Assembly (NCBI GenBank): GCA_965205265.1
Contig: CBDBGH010000001.1
Coordinates: 32,001 to 96,000, forward strand
Direction: 5' to 3'
From: Alphaproteobacteria bacterium
GTDB lineage: Bacteria > Pseudomonadota > Alphaproteobacteria > Bin95
Length of the DNA stretch: 64,000 nt
Position numbers and translations under genes: made by a program
Notes under the pieces: model-generated
What the model was told of the DNA's origin: nothing
The model's input: the letters and a program-made list of their open reading frames with translations, nothing else
Databases searched by the model: none
Shown: positions 21,168-32,083 of the stretch, piece by piece
How the letters are laid out: every line of letters begins with the position of its first letter
Numbering within the stretch: position 1 is the stretch's first letter

Positions 21168-22628
21168 ATGAGGATCTTCGCTGCATCCTTGGCGACGGAG
21201 ACCAATACATTTTCGCCCATTCGCATCGACAGATCTGCCTTCGAGGATGCGTTTTATGCTCCGCCCGGCCAGCACCCGTCCACGCCAACACTCTGCTCGG
21301 CACCGATCATCGCCGCGCGCGAGCGGGCGAGGAGAGAAAGTCTGGAACTAATCGAGGGGTCGGCGGCATGGGCCGAGCCCGCCGGGCTGCTTTCGCGTGC
21401 GGGTTATGAAAGCCTGCGAGACGAGATTCTGGGTCAGCTTACGGAAGCCCGTCCGCTCGATGTGGTGCTACTCGGTCTGCACGGTGCCATGGTGGCGGAG
21501 GGTTATGATGATTGCGAGGGTGATCTGCTAACCCGTGCACGCAGGATCGTGGGTCCGGATGTGACAATCGGCATCGAACTCGATCCCCATTGTCATCTTT
21601 CGGCGGCGATGATTGCTGCGGCCGACATCATGGTCACCTTCAAGGAAGTGCCGCATGTTGATTTCCTTGTCCGGGCCAGGGATCTTGTGGACCTCTGTAT
21701 TCGCCGGGCGCGCCGCGAAATCGCCCCGGTCACGACTGTCCTGGATTGTCGGGCCATAGCCAATTTCATCACAAGTCGCGAGCCTGGTCGGTCGCTGATC
21801 GACGACATCGTTGCGCTCGAGAGGCGGGACGACGTGCTGAGCATTTCGGTCGTGCATGGTTTTCCGGCTGCGGACGTTTACGATGTCGGTACCAAGGTCG
21901 TGGTTATCACCGACGCGGATCCGCATAGGGGCCGGAAAATCGCGTCCGATGTCGCAGAGCGCATTCTGGGTTTTGGTGAAAATCGCCTGCCGCCGATGCC
22001 GGCGCCCAAAGAAGCCCTTATCCTAGCCACGCGGCTACCCGGGCAGCCGATCGTTCTTGCGGATCGTTGGGATAATCCCGGCGGCGGCGTGGGCGGGGAT
22101 AGCACCTTCCTGCTGCGAACTTGCATCGCACGACCTGCTATCGAGGCGGCGCTGGGAGCTCTGTGGGATCCACTTGCGGTTTCCCTGTGCGCTTCGGCGG
22201 GGGTCGGCGCTTCGTTCGACCTGCGCATAGGTGGCAAGAGTGGTCCGGGTGCCGGGGAGCCGGTGGATGTCCGCGTGACGGTGACCGGATTATGCAGCAA
22301 TCTCGACGTGCCCTTTGCGACGAGCCGCGTCTCACTGGGTGCCGCAGCCGCCATACAGACAGGCAACTTGGACATTGTCCTTGCTGCCAAGCGGGTCCAG
22401 ACCTTCCACCCTGGGATATTTGAGCGGATGGGCATCAGGCTTGCGGCTAAAAAAGTGGTGGTGGTTAAGTCGGCGAGTCACTTCCACACCGCGTTCTCAA
22501 CGATCGCGGCAGACATCATCTATGTGAACTGCGGTGGCCCTTATCCGCCGGATCCGACGCTTATTCCCTACACGAAAATCCGCCGTCCCATTGCACCACT
22601 AGAAGCGGCAATGCCAGTCTGGATGTGA
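21168..22628 (+). CDS. M81/MlrC-family metallopeptidase
   Basis: ETNTFSP, LHGAMVAEG.DDCEGD, ELDPHCH, DNPGGG, VVKSASHF. Confidence 0.9.
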   Translation: MRIFAASLATETNTFSPIRIDRSAFEDAFYAPPGQHPSTPTLCSAPIIAARERARRESLELIEGSAAWAEPAGLLSRAGYESLRDEILGQLTEARPLDVVLLGLHGAMVAEGYDDCEGDLLTRARRIVGPDVTIGIELDPHCHLSAAMIAAADIMVTFKEVPHVDFLVRARDLVDLCIRRARREIAPVTTVLDCRAIANFITSREPGRSLIDDIVALERRDDVLSISVVHGFPAADVYDVGTKVVVITDADPHRGRKIASDVAERILGFGENRLPPMPAPKEALILATRLPGQPIVLADRWDNPGGGVGGDSTFLLRTCIARPAIEAALGALWDPLAVSLCASAGVGASFDLRIGGKSGPGAGEPVDVRVTVTGLCSNLDVPFATSRVSLGAAAAIQTGNLDIVLAAKRVQTFHPGIFERMGIRLAAKKVVVVKSASHFHTAFSTIAADIIYVNCGGPYPPDPTLIPYTKIRRPIAPLEAAMPVWM

Positions 22629-23259
22629 CATCGCCGCCCACAAGCTGCTGTCTTCACAAGATCGGTGACGGCTACTCAGATGCAATTTCCGGACGGTATT
22701 GCGAGACTGTACCGGGTTAAGACAGGGCTCTTGCTGCGAGTTACCGGATGGCCGTCTATCTCGCAGCACTGTAGCGGCGGTTTTCACTGTGTTCTCCAGC
22801 GAACACGTCTCTGAGACCACTGCCAGCATTTCCCAGGTTGTTCCGTTCTGGGCTCACAGCGGACCTCAGAGGCGGCTCAGCGAATGCTAAATCTCAAACT
22901 GATTCAAACGGCCGCCTTAGCCAGTACGCTGGTGTTGCTTCGCACTCGCAGCGAAAGACCACTTCCCGCTCATTCTGTTGAAAAACAACGTGTTGCGAGC
23001 TAAGAAAGTGAGATCTGAGTAAGTGCGCGAGTGACTATTGAACAGGGCTTTCGCGTTTGCTGCGGTGCGGGAAAGATCTTCGCCAGCTTGCGGAGGTTCT
23101 GGGCGGTGGCAGCGAGGAGGGATGCGTCGTTTGCGCCGCTTGGCCCACGTAATCGGAGCCATCCGGGGCCTAGGATGCGCTTGATGTGCGCGAAGGTAAG
23201 CGGTTAAAGTACGGCGTTCGGTCGGGTCCCACCCGTCCTTTTTTGGTTTGACAGTATAG

Positions 23260-23783
23260 GGCATCGCCCGCCAGTGGCTGGCCATCGGGATCGGGGACGG
23301 ATGGCCCATCCGGCTTCGCCGGGCGGGCTGTCCGGGCTGCAGGCGGCCACGGTCGCGACCTAGGAGGGGCGGACCGCCGAGCTGGCGGCCGTGGTCGCGC
23401 CCCTGGCGGTCCAGATCGCCCGGCGCGCGCCCTGTACGGCTCGCGCCCGGAAAGGCGCGGGAAGGCGTCCGACGCCCCCTCCGGCGAAGACGGCAGGACG
23501 GCGACGGCTGCCGCCGCGGCGGCAGGCCTGGACGCAGGAAGGAGCGCGGCGATTCGGTCGGCGACGCCGGACTGCGCTTCGACGGCAAGGTCCCGGTAGT
23601 CGACGGGCTGTCGGAGGACGGTTATGAGGTGGTCCCGGAGCGCGTCCACACTAGCTCGCCGCCCCGGAGTTCCGGCACGTGGTCATCCGCTACCGGCACC
23701 TCGCCGTGTAGGTCAGTGGGACCGAACGGCCGCCGCGCCTACGAGACCGACGCGGAGGCCCGCGGCGGCGCGGTCTCACACCA
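23260..23783 (+). pseudogene. IS66 TnpC-like remnant
   Basis: Manual translation RKERGDSVGDAGLRFDGKVPV..GLSEDGYEVVPERVH..HVVIRYRH resembles the TnpC N-terminal region; left boundary approximate. Confidence 0.45.
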
Positions 23784-25134
23784 GACCTCCCGGTGCAGCC
23801 GCCTGAACGCGGCCCCGTCGAGCTTCCCGCGCGCCTCGCAGGCCGTGGATGCCGCCGGGGGCCCGTCCTGCGGCAGGTCGACGCCCGCCGCCGCGCACTC
23901 CTCCCATAGCCCGCACAGCGTGGTGCGGTAGCCCTGGCCGCCAGGCGTGACGGTGAGGCGGAACACGAACGGCATGACGGGCAGGCTGCCGACACCCGCC
24001 TCCGCCATCGGGCGTCCCCGCGCTCCGCGACAGCCGTGGCGGCCGCGACGGGCTCCTCCCGGTGGCGGCCGAACCGGCGGTCCGAGGCGGCGGAGCGCCC
24101 CCTCTCCGCCCGCGTCGGCGATCCGTCATCCTCCCCGCGCAGGATCCCGCGGGCATTCCCGCGCAGCGGCATCAGGTGGACGCCCTTCACGGTCCTGCCT
24201 CCGGTCCCGCCGGTCTCCCCGATGTGCCTCCAGCCCGCGCCCCGATGGCACGAGGCCCTGAACCGGGTCCCGTCCACGAATGTCCCGCACATCACCGGAC
24301 GCCAGCCGTGGAGGCGCTCCCAGTCGTCCGCGAGCTGCCGCACCGCCAGGGCCAGCGCCGGGGACGCCAGGAACTTCGAGCGCACCCAGGGGAACACGGG
24401 GTAGCGCGGGTTCACCACCATCAGGTGGCGGTTGCGGTCCCGGCACGGAAGCGTCCTCCTCACCGCCTCGAAGAGCAGGCACCCCAGCCTGCGGCCGTCC
24501 CGGTCGGTGAGGAGGTAGCGGACGTGCGCCCCGAAGGGGCGCCTGTAACCCAGATGGTGGTGGCGGTCGACGGGCGCGTTCCAGAGCCGCCTGCCCTCCG
24601 TGTCCGTCACGGGCTCCAGGCCCAGCGGCCGGAGATCGCGGAGCCGCGCCGCGACCTCCGGCTGCGGGTCGGAGGCGGAGGTCCAGGCCGGCCTGCCGGC
24701 GGCCCTCATGTCGCGGACGCTCCCCTCCCGCCTCGCCGGCAGCCTGGGGATGCCGTGGCTCTCCAGGGTCCCGGCATGCCGAGGCAGGCCCCGACCCTGC
24801 AGGCACCCTTCGCCGTCGTCCAGCCAAGGTGCCCGCGGATGGTCCTCCCCAGCCCGTTGCGGCTGTCGTTGGGCAGCAGCGCCACGGTCTCCTGGATGTC
24901 GGCGGTCCGCCGCCGGGTCAGGCGGCGGCCGGAGAAGGTGGTCGATCTCAGGTCGGTGATTCGCCGGTCCATGGCCGGTTCCCGTATCTGCCCGACACCA
25001 GCATACGAACCAGCGTCCGCCTGTCAGTGGGTCTGGCGAAAAAAATCTGGAACACCGAAAACCACGCCATGTCAACGGCTTGCGACCGGCAGGGAAAACC
25101 GCTCAGGAACGTAAGGGCTATCCGAATGCCATTG
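23784..25134 (-). mobile_element. IS4-like DUF4338 element, copy 2, truncated
   Basis: Near-identical to 5189-6513 except for a 26-bp indel; IR at 25119-25134. Confidence 0.9.
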
Positions 25135-25518
25135 GCTGGGTGGCCGGGTCACCTCCGTCCCGGACGGCCTGCCGATCAAGGCGCGGTACTGGGGGTGCAG
25201 ACGCTGGCCCTGCCGGAGTCCGTGGCGCGGCGCAAGGCGCTGTCGATCGGGCATGTCGGCCGCGAGATCGCGCGCGACGGAAGGCTGCTGGCGGGGGGAT
25301 GGAACAGGCCGAGGCCGGACGGGGAGCCCGCGATGGAGCCGGGGAAGTACCTGCAGTTCATCTCGAACACATCCGACTTTATAGAAACTGCGGCGCGGCA
25401 GGTGGCGAAGGCCGGAAAGGGCGGCGAATGGTGGGGCGCGGACCATGCCGCCGCCCGTTTCGTGGCCAGCACCGCCGACGCGGCGGAGCACCTGGCCAAG
25501 GCCATGCTCGGGCTATGA
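25135..25518 (+). pseudogene. Nucleotidyltransferase-HEPN gene fragment (paralog A)
   Basis: VQTLALPESVARRKALSIGHVG...AAEHLAKAMLG; cut by the IS on the left and by vapC on the right. Confidence 0.8.
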
Positions 25519-25695
25519 GGGGACGCGCGCCGCCTCGCCGTGCGACCCGGCAAGCCCGCGCCGGTGCGGCGGGATCCATATCTCGTATTCCAGCAACCGG
25601 CTGGAGACCAGGGTCTCGTCCCACAGCGAGACCGGCGGCTGTCGGTCCTCGGCGAGGAGATGCGCAAGCGCAATCGACGTGTCGAGATAGATCAC
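25513..25695 (-). pseudogene. VapC/PIN toxin, truncated
   Basis: VIYLDTSIALAHLLAEDR..LVSSRLLEYE; GTGA overlap with the antitoxin gene. Confidence 0.8.
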
Positions 25696-25985
25696 CGGTC
25701 GCGCCGACTCCCGTCCAGCTCCGCCAGCGCCTCGTCCAGCGCGGCGACCGGCGGCGGCTTCGGCGGCGGACCCGAGCCGGACAGCGCGGGCGCCGCGAGA
25801 ACGCCGGAGCGCACTGCGTCGGCCAGGAAGGCGTCGGCGAGGACCGGGCTCCGGGCCTCCCTGAGCGGTCCGAGTTCCGCCACCACCCTGTCCCGATCCG
25901 TCACCAGGACCGTCTCGCCGGATGCGGCGAGACGCACACACTCGCTCAACCGGCTGCTCAGCGCCTTGATCCCGATCGACCTCAT
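25692..25985 (-). CDS. Phd/YefM-family antitoxin
   Basis: MRSIGIKALSSRLSECVRLAASGETVLVTDRDRVVAEL. Confidence 0.85.
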   Translation of the reverse strand: MRSIGIKALSSRLSECVRLAASGETVLVTDRDRVVAELGPLREARSPVLADAFLADAVRSGVLAAPALSGSGPPPKPPPVAALDEALAELDGSRRDR

Positions 25986-26312
25986 GCACTCAAGGTAGCG
26001 ACCGATCGCTACCCCGTCAACAGCGCTTTCCCGCCGGGCGAAGCTGAAGATGATTCTTGCATATCCGGGGACTGCCGGGTAACAGGAGGGCGGTCCCCCT
26101 CGCCCTTCGACTGATCCGGAGAGCCATCGGGCGGCCGGAAGTCCACCGGACATCCCACCCCTTTGGAATCTCCGGAGGCCACCCCGGCGGCCGGACCGAT
26201 TTCGGTCCCGGGGCGGCTGGTCGGTATCTCCAGAGCGCTGAACCTGTCCGTGCATCGGGTGTAGCCCGGAATTCCGTCATGCCGCCGTGGCATGATCCGC
26301 CCGGCACACCCT

Positions 26313-26576
26313 CCGGGACCTTTCAATGTAACACTGTTGACTCGATGCCAGCGTAGCCGTGCGTGGCCAGATCATGTCCGAGGGAGCGGATATCCGTTCC
26401 GGAGACTCCGTGATTCCAGTGTGGACTGCCGTTCCAGCGGCATGGATCCGGTGACCTGCGCGGTCACGGACGTGAATTCCCGATCGGTTCGGCCCAGCCC
26501 GGCCGGTTCCTGTGGATTGGGCCGCCCATGAAACAAAAGGGACATCGAGTTAACAGTGTCCAGTTGAAAGTCCCGG
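26313..26576. repeat. Imperfect 36-37 bp inverted repeats bracketing about 190 bp
   Basis: CCGGGACCTTTCAATGTAACACTGTTGACTCGATGCC (26313-26349) versus the reverse complement of 26541-26576, CCGGGACTTTCAACTGGACACTGTTAACTCGATGTC. Confidence 0.75.
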
Positions 26577-26681
26577 GACTACGGACCGGAAAGGGGAACA
26601 GAGTCGGAAATCCTGCCCCGCGCGCCCTGTGCAAGACAGCGCTTTCCTTCCTTCGGTTCCCGGTGCTACCATCCCGACACC

Positions 26682-27719
26682 ATGGCCAGCCCTGACAGAC
26701 AGCCGCCCGCCGCCGGGGCGGCGACCCTCGCCGGAATCCGCCGGGCGGCGGAGGAGACCCTCGCCGTCTGGCCCGAGGCCAAGGCGGCGGCGCTGTTCGG
26801 TTCCCGGGCGCGGGGCGACCACCTGCCGTCCAGCGACTGGGACGTCGCCTTCATCACCCGGACCGGCGACCGGGTGACCGCCATCCCGGACGGCTTTCCG
26901 ATCGAGACGCTGTTCTGGGACGTCCAGGCGCTGGCCCTGCCGGAGTCCGTGGCGCGGCGCAAGGCGCTGTCCATCGGGCACGTCGGGCGCGGGGTCGCGC
27001 GCGACGGAAAGCTGCTGGCGGGGGGATGGAACGGGCCGAGGCCGGACGGGGAGCCGGCGATGGAGCCGGAGAGGTACAGGAAATTCATCTTCATCGCGTC
27101 CGACCATATCGAGCATGCGGCGATGAAGGTGACGGAACCCGGAATGGGCGGCGACTGGTGGCTTGCGTTTGATGTCGCCGACCTTTTCGTGGCCCGCACC
27201 GCCGGCGCGGCGGAGCACCTGGCCAAGGCCATGCTCGGGCGGCGCGGGATCGACCCGCATCCGACGCATGGTGTCGACCAGCTCGCCGACCAGACGGCGC
27301 GGGAGGGGCATTCCGCTCTGGCGGAGGACATCCGCGGGATGGACGGCTTCACCAAGGAGGACCATGTGGCGGGCTACGAGGGGACAGCCTCCGCCCGCCT
27401 CCAAAACGCCATCCGTCGCCTGCCCACCGTCGTCCGGCGGCTCGCGCTGGAGCTTGCCTCGGCCGCCGAGGACCCGAAATTCGCCGATGTGGTCGCGCAG
27501 GTCGCCACGGTGGTGACCAGGAAGGCCGCCGCCCGGGACACCCTCCGGCTGGCCATCGTGCGGGACGCCTCGGATCCCTCCCCACCCCCGCAGCACCGGT
27601 GGTTGGCGCCGCTGGTCGTGGCGCGGGAGTCCTTCCTGCCAGAACTCCTGAAGCTCCAGGCCGACCTCCGGCCCCTTGTGGGTCAGGAACGGGACCGCGT
27701 CGCGTGGCGGTCCTCCTGA
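26682..27719 (+). CDS. Nucleotidyltransferase (MNT)-HEPN fusion protein (paralog B)
   Basis: LFGSRARGDHLPSSDWDV (Pol-beta NTase motif); AAEHLAKAML..THGVDQL (HEPN-like). Confidence 0.82.
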   Translation: MASPDRQPPAAGAATLAGIRRAAEETLAVWPEAKAAALFGSRARGDHLPSSDWDVAFITRTGDRVTAIPDGFPIETLFWDVQALALPESVARRKALSIGHVGRGVARDGKLLAGGWNGPRPDGEPAMEPERYRKFIFIASDHIEHAAMKVTEPGMGGDWWLAFDVADLFVARTAGAAEHLAKAMLGRRGIDPHPTHGVDQLADQTAREGHSALAEDIRGMDGFTKEDHVAGYEGTASARLQNAIRRLPTVVRRLALELASAAEDPKFADVVAQVATVVTRKAAARDTLRLAIVRDASDPSPPPQHRWLAPLVVARESFLPELLKLQADLRPLVGQERDRVAWRSS

Positions 27720-27866
27720 CCGTTCGGCTGATCCGTGAGCCACCGGGCGGGCGGGTGTCCACCGGACATCACTTCCATGGTGAAACCCAGCCGACCCGCA
27801 GCCTCCGGTTTCGGGGCAGGGCGGTGCCGGATGGGTCGGCGCCTCGGCGGCCACCGGTCCGCCCAT

Positions 27867-28628
27867 TTAGCAGCAGCGCCCGGCGGCGCCAGTCCGGGGC
27901 GGCGGGCGAACGGGGATAGTCGAGCCACCGCCGCCGCGAGAACATCGGGGCGAGCATGGCCCCGATGCGGAGGGGATGGGGGCGATCATGGTACCGCAGT
28001 CCCATCCCTCGGGCTCCGTGTAGCTCCACATCACGGCATCGATCCTCATCGACGGTCCGTAAGCGATGGGGATGTCCCGGGGGAGACGGCCGCACCCGCC
28101 CGGACCGCAGACGCCGAGCAGGAGATCCCCGCCGGGCGCGGTGGCCTCCGCCATGCCGAGCAGGACGCGGTCGACGTCGGCGAGGGTGTCCTGATGGATG
28201 TAGCCATACCAGAATCCGGTCACCAGCTCCGCAGGCCCGATCCCGGCGAGGTCGCGGGCGTCCCGCTCGATGAAGCTGGCCGCGAACCCTCCGCGGGCGC
28301 GGGCCATCTCCAGCATCCGCGCCGAGCGGTCGACACCGGTGCGCCGCGTCGCCCCGCCTGCCCGCCGCAGGTGGAACCCGGTTCCGCAGGCCACATCGAG
28401 CCACCGGCGGCCGCCTGTCCGCGACCGCAGCAGCGTCTCCACGGTCCCGACCTCGAATTCAGTGTGGGGGCGGTTGACAGGTCCGGTGAGGTACCGGCTG
28501 TCGTAGAGGCGGACGAAGTCCGGGTCGTCATAGGGCCGCGGGGGCGGCGGCCATTCACTTCCGGCGGCGGTTGCCGTCCCGGATCCCGCCACCCGGTCAC
28601 GCCAGCTCGGCGCCGGGGGCCCGGACAC
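27867..28628 (-). CDS. Class I SAM-dependent methyltransferase (start and C-terminus uncertain)
   Basis: WLDVACGTGFHL, GVDRSARMLEMAR, APGGDLLL. Confidence 0.75.
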   Translation of the reverse strand: MSGPPAPSWRDRVAGSGTATAAGSEWPPPPRPYDDPDFVRLYDSRYLTGPVNRPHTEFEVGTVETLLRSRTGGRRWLDVACGTGFHLRRAGGATRRTGVDRSARMLEMARARGGFAASFIERDARDLAGIGPAELVTGFWYGYIHQDTLADVDRVLLGMAEATAPGGDLLLGVCGPGGCGRLPRDIPIAYGPSMRIDAVMWSYTEPEGWDCGTMIAPIPSASGPCSPRCSRGGGGSTIPVRPPPRTGAAGRCC

Positions 28629-29903
28629 GGCTTCGGGCCGGCGGTTCGCCGCCGGTCAGTTCAGGCAGAGGCGGCGCCAGCCCGCCCCTCTCCATCAGGT
28701 ACGACCTGAACGAGGGGATCGGGCAGGAATGGAGCTCGTTCGTGTTGAACTGCAGGACCCCCCGGTGCACGAGATGTTCCAGGAACCATTCCTCGTCCCG
28801 GCCCTTCGGCAGACTCCAGCCATCCCCTTCCGGATCATCCAGAGGCCGGGCGAGGCTCCTGATCTGTCTCACGATGGTTGAGTCCTCGCTGCCTTTCTCC
28901 GGCAGCTGCCGCATCAGCTCCGCCACGAGGAACCTGGCGTCGCGGATCTCTTTCGAGCGCCGCCGGCTGTAGGAAGCGGTGCGGAACTCCCGCTCCCGCT
29001 GCCGGACCCGCGCCGCGTCGACGTCCGCGAGCCTCCCCCGCATTCCAGCAGCCCCTTCGCGAGCGCCCGCATGCCGTTGTGCAGGTGCTGCGGCCAGCCG
29101 TCGGAAAGACCCGCGATGAGCGTCGGCCAGCTGACCCGCGCGTCCCCGGCGGGGACGCGGAACTCGTCCAGCATCCTCTCGACCGCGTAGGCCGCCTCCC
29201 CGTCCCCGAGGGCGCCGACCTCGTGGACCGCCTCGGATTCCAGCCGGGTCAGGCCCGCCGCCTGGAGCCTGTCATGCGAGTCGCCGAGGCCCGCGTAGAC
29301 CGGCACGACGGGAAGGCCGTGCCGGGCCGTGTGCAGGGCCAGGAGCATGGGCCCGGCCTCCGGCCCGACGGTCTGGATCTCGTCCACCATGAGACAGACC
29401 GGGCGCGGCCATGTCCGTCCCGGCAGCGTCCGCCCGAGGGTGTCGAGGCCCGCGTCCTCCGGATGGACGGACCCCCCGGTGCGCCCGTCGGCACCGGTCC
29501 CGCCCAACCCGACGGCGCCGCCGACGCTCCAGGACCGCTGGGTGCGCCAGTCGCCGCTGGCGCCGGGCGAGCCGGCCTCCGCGATGAGGGAGGCGACGCG
29601 GGCCTGATCACCGAGATCCACCGGCTCCAGATGGACGGTGACCGGCCCCTCCCCGCCCCCGGCCTCCCAGAGCTTCGCGAGTTCCGAAAGTATCGCCGTC
29701 TTGCCGGCCCCCGGCGCGCCCCGCAGCAGCTGCGTGGCGCCCTTGGGGCCCTGACCATCCCCGGCCCTCTTCCCGGCCCTAGCGCAGACATCGGAAATGT
29801 GCCCGATCACGCCCGCGCGGCCGACGAAGAACCTTGCGTCTTCCCGGTCTCCGGTCCTGACGAACTCCGCCAGACCTTCCAGGTCCGGTCCGCTCGAGCC
29901 CAT
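28597..29903 (-). pseudogene. STAND-like/AAA_16 ATPase, frameshift near 29038
   Basis: FFVGR, GAPGAGKT, LMVDEIQ, SDGWPQHL; C-terminal HLVHRG..CPIPSFRSYL in the next frame; the shift lies in a G run. Confidence 0.8.
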
Positions 29904-30033
29904 GGAAAACGGTACCATCTGTCTGCCCTCCCGAAGCGCCCGTGCCGGCCGGTCATCCATAGCGGAAAATCCGCCGGGGAGCAACCGCGGGGCGCCGCGG
30001 CGGCCGAACCTCAGATGACGGTCAGGGGCGGTG

Positions 30034-30977
30034 CCGTTCGGTTCCCGGGCGCGGGGCGACCACCTGCCGTCCAGCGACTGGGACGTCGCCTTCATCACCC
30101 GGACGGGCGACCGGGTGACCGCCATCCCGGACGGCTTTCCGATCGAGACGCTGTTCTGGGACGTGCAGGCGCTGGCCCTGCCGGAGTCCGTGGCGCGGCG
30201 CAAGGCGCTGTCCATCGGGCACGTCGGACGCGAGATCGCGCGCGACGGAAGGCTGCTGGCGGGGGGATGGAACAGGCCGAGGCCGGACGGGGAGCCCGCG
30301 ATGGAGCCGGGGAAGTACCTGCAGTTCATCTCGAACACATCTGCCTTTATACGGGATGCGGAGCCGGAGGTGGCGGCAGCCGGAATTGAAGACGACTGGT
30401 GGGATGCGACCTATGCCGCCTACCGTTTCGTGGCCCGCAGAGCCGCGGCGGCGGAGCACCTTGCCAAGGCCATGTTCGGGCGGCGCGGGATCGACCCGCA
30501 TCCGACGCCCGGCGTCGACCAGTTCGCCGACCGGGCGGCGCGGGAGGGGCACTTCGCCCTGGCGGAGGCTGTCCGCGAGATGGACGGCTTCACCAAGGAG
30601 GACCATGTGGCGGGCTACGAGGGGGCGAACGCCGACCGCCTCCGCCACGCAGCCGCGCGCCTGCCCACCGTCGTCCGGCGGCTAGCGCAGGAGCTCGCCT
30701 CGGCCGCCGGGGACCCAAAATTCGCCGAGGTGGCCCGCTGGCCGCCAGGGTCGTGGCCAATTCCGCCCGCGCCGCCGGGGACACCCTCCGGCTGGCCATC
30801 GTGCGGGACGGCGCGGATCCCACCCCGCCTCCGCCGCCGTACCAGTGGCTGGCCCCTTCGGTCAGGGCGCGGGAAACCTTCCTGTCGGAGCTCCTGAAGC
30901 TCCAGGCCGACCTCCGGACCCTTGTGGGTCAGGAACGGGACCGCGGCGCGTGGCGGTCGCCCTCGCCGTTCGGCTGA
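30034..30977 (+). pseudogene. MNT-HEPN fusion (paralog C), 5' truncated, frameshift near 30735
   Basis: Begins at FGSRARGD; near-identical blocks to 26682-27719; ends DRGAWRSPSPFG*. Confidence 0.8.
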
Positions 30978-31203
30978 TCCGGAGAACCACCAGCCACCTC
31001 CTCCTTTCGTTCCTGATTCTCTGAACATACGAGGCCAACGCGCCGGAAAACCCGTCAAGTCAGCCCATGTCGGCAATCCTGCGGGACTTTCGGGACCTCT
31101 GTCGGGATGGACCCGTCGCTGTCGGACACCGACCGGGCGGGCGGACCGTCAGGAAAGGTTGCGGATGTGTCCCGCCGTGGTGTAGGAGGAATGCCTGTCC
31201 GCT

Positions 31204-31896
31204 ATGGAGGATATGATGGAGACCGCCACAGGTCCCATGGGGTCGCAGTTCCACCGCATCGACAGCATACCCCTGGACATGATGGACAGACTGGCCCGCA
31301 TGGACTGGAACCTGGTGGGACGGCGCGTGATGATCGACGCAGCCCAGGGCATCATCTGCTGGATGTCGCCGTCAAGTGTCCATGAAGGTATCGCCAGGGC
31401 GGCGGACCGGGTGGTGGAGATCGCCGGTTCCCTTTCGGGGCAGCTGGTCGTGATCAGGGGAAGCACCCGCTGGAAACGTCCCGGGGATCCGGAGGGCACG
31501 GGTCTGGAGGCGGATGCGTCCTTCTATCTCGGCGGGAACGCCGAGGCGTGGTATGCGGCCAAGAAAGCCGGTAAACAGGCAGTCCTGGATTTCGAGTCCG
31601 CCACACCGCCCGATCTCGTGGTGGAGGTGGAGGTCACCCATCTCGACCAAGGCAAGCCAGCCCGTTACGCGGCCCTGGGTGTTCGCGAGATGTGGCAGGC
31701 GACGGAGAGGGAAGGCGACACGTCGCCTGCCATCCATTTCCTTGACCTCCAGGCGGAGAAGGGACCCACTCCGATGGAAGCCTCAAGGCTCCTGCCGACC
31801 CTGTCGCGGGACCGTCTCTCCGAAGCCCTGCGGATCGCGGAGACTTATCCCCGGATGGAGACGGAGAACCGTCTGAGTGATCTGCTGGACCGGTGA
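31204..31896 (+). CDS. Uma2-family endonuclease (paralog 1)
   Basis: WMSPSSVHE, GSTRWK..GLEADASFY, PPDLVVEVEVT, YAALGVREMW. Confidence 0.85.
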   Translation: MEDMMETATGPMGSQFHRIDSIPLDMMDRLARMDWNLVGRRVMIDAAQGIICWMSPSSVHEGIARAADRVVEIAGSLSGQLVVIRGSTRWKRPGDPEGTGLEADASFYLGGNAEAWYAAKKAGKQAVLDFESATPPDLVVEVEVTHLDQGKPARYAALGVREMWQATEREGDTSPAIHFLDLQAEKGPTPMEASRLLPTLSRDRLSEALRIAETYPRMETENRLSDLLDR

Positions 31897-32083
31897 CCCG
31901 GGACGGGACCGTGGCGCGGGGCGGCCCGCTCACCTTTCGGCTGATCCCTGGCTCCACCGGCCGCCAGATCCGCACGGTCCTTTCGTGGGTGGTCAATGCG
32001 CCGAGGAGACCGTCAGGACCGCCCGATACCGGAATCCTCTGGGCCTTGCGGAACCTCTGTCAGGATGGACCCGTCATTGCCGG

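Noticed and set aside
22630-23260. Possible IS end (GTTTGACAGTATAG) and short ORFs
   Set aside because: No partner repeat or recognisable transposase found; cannot be supported.
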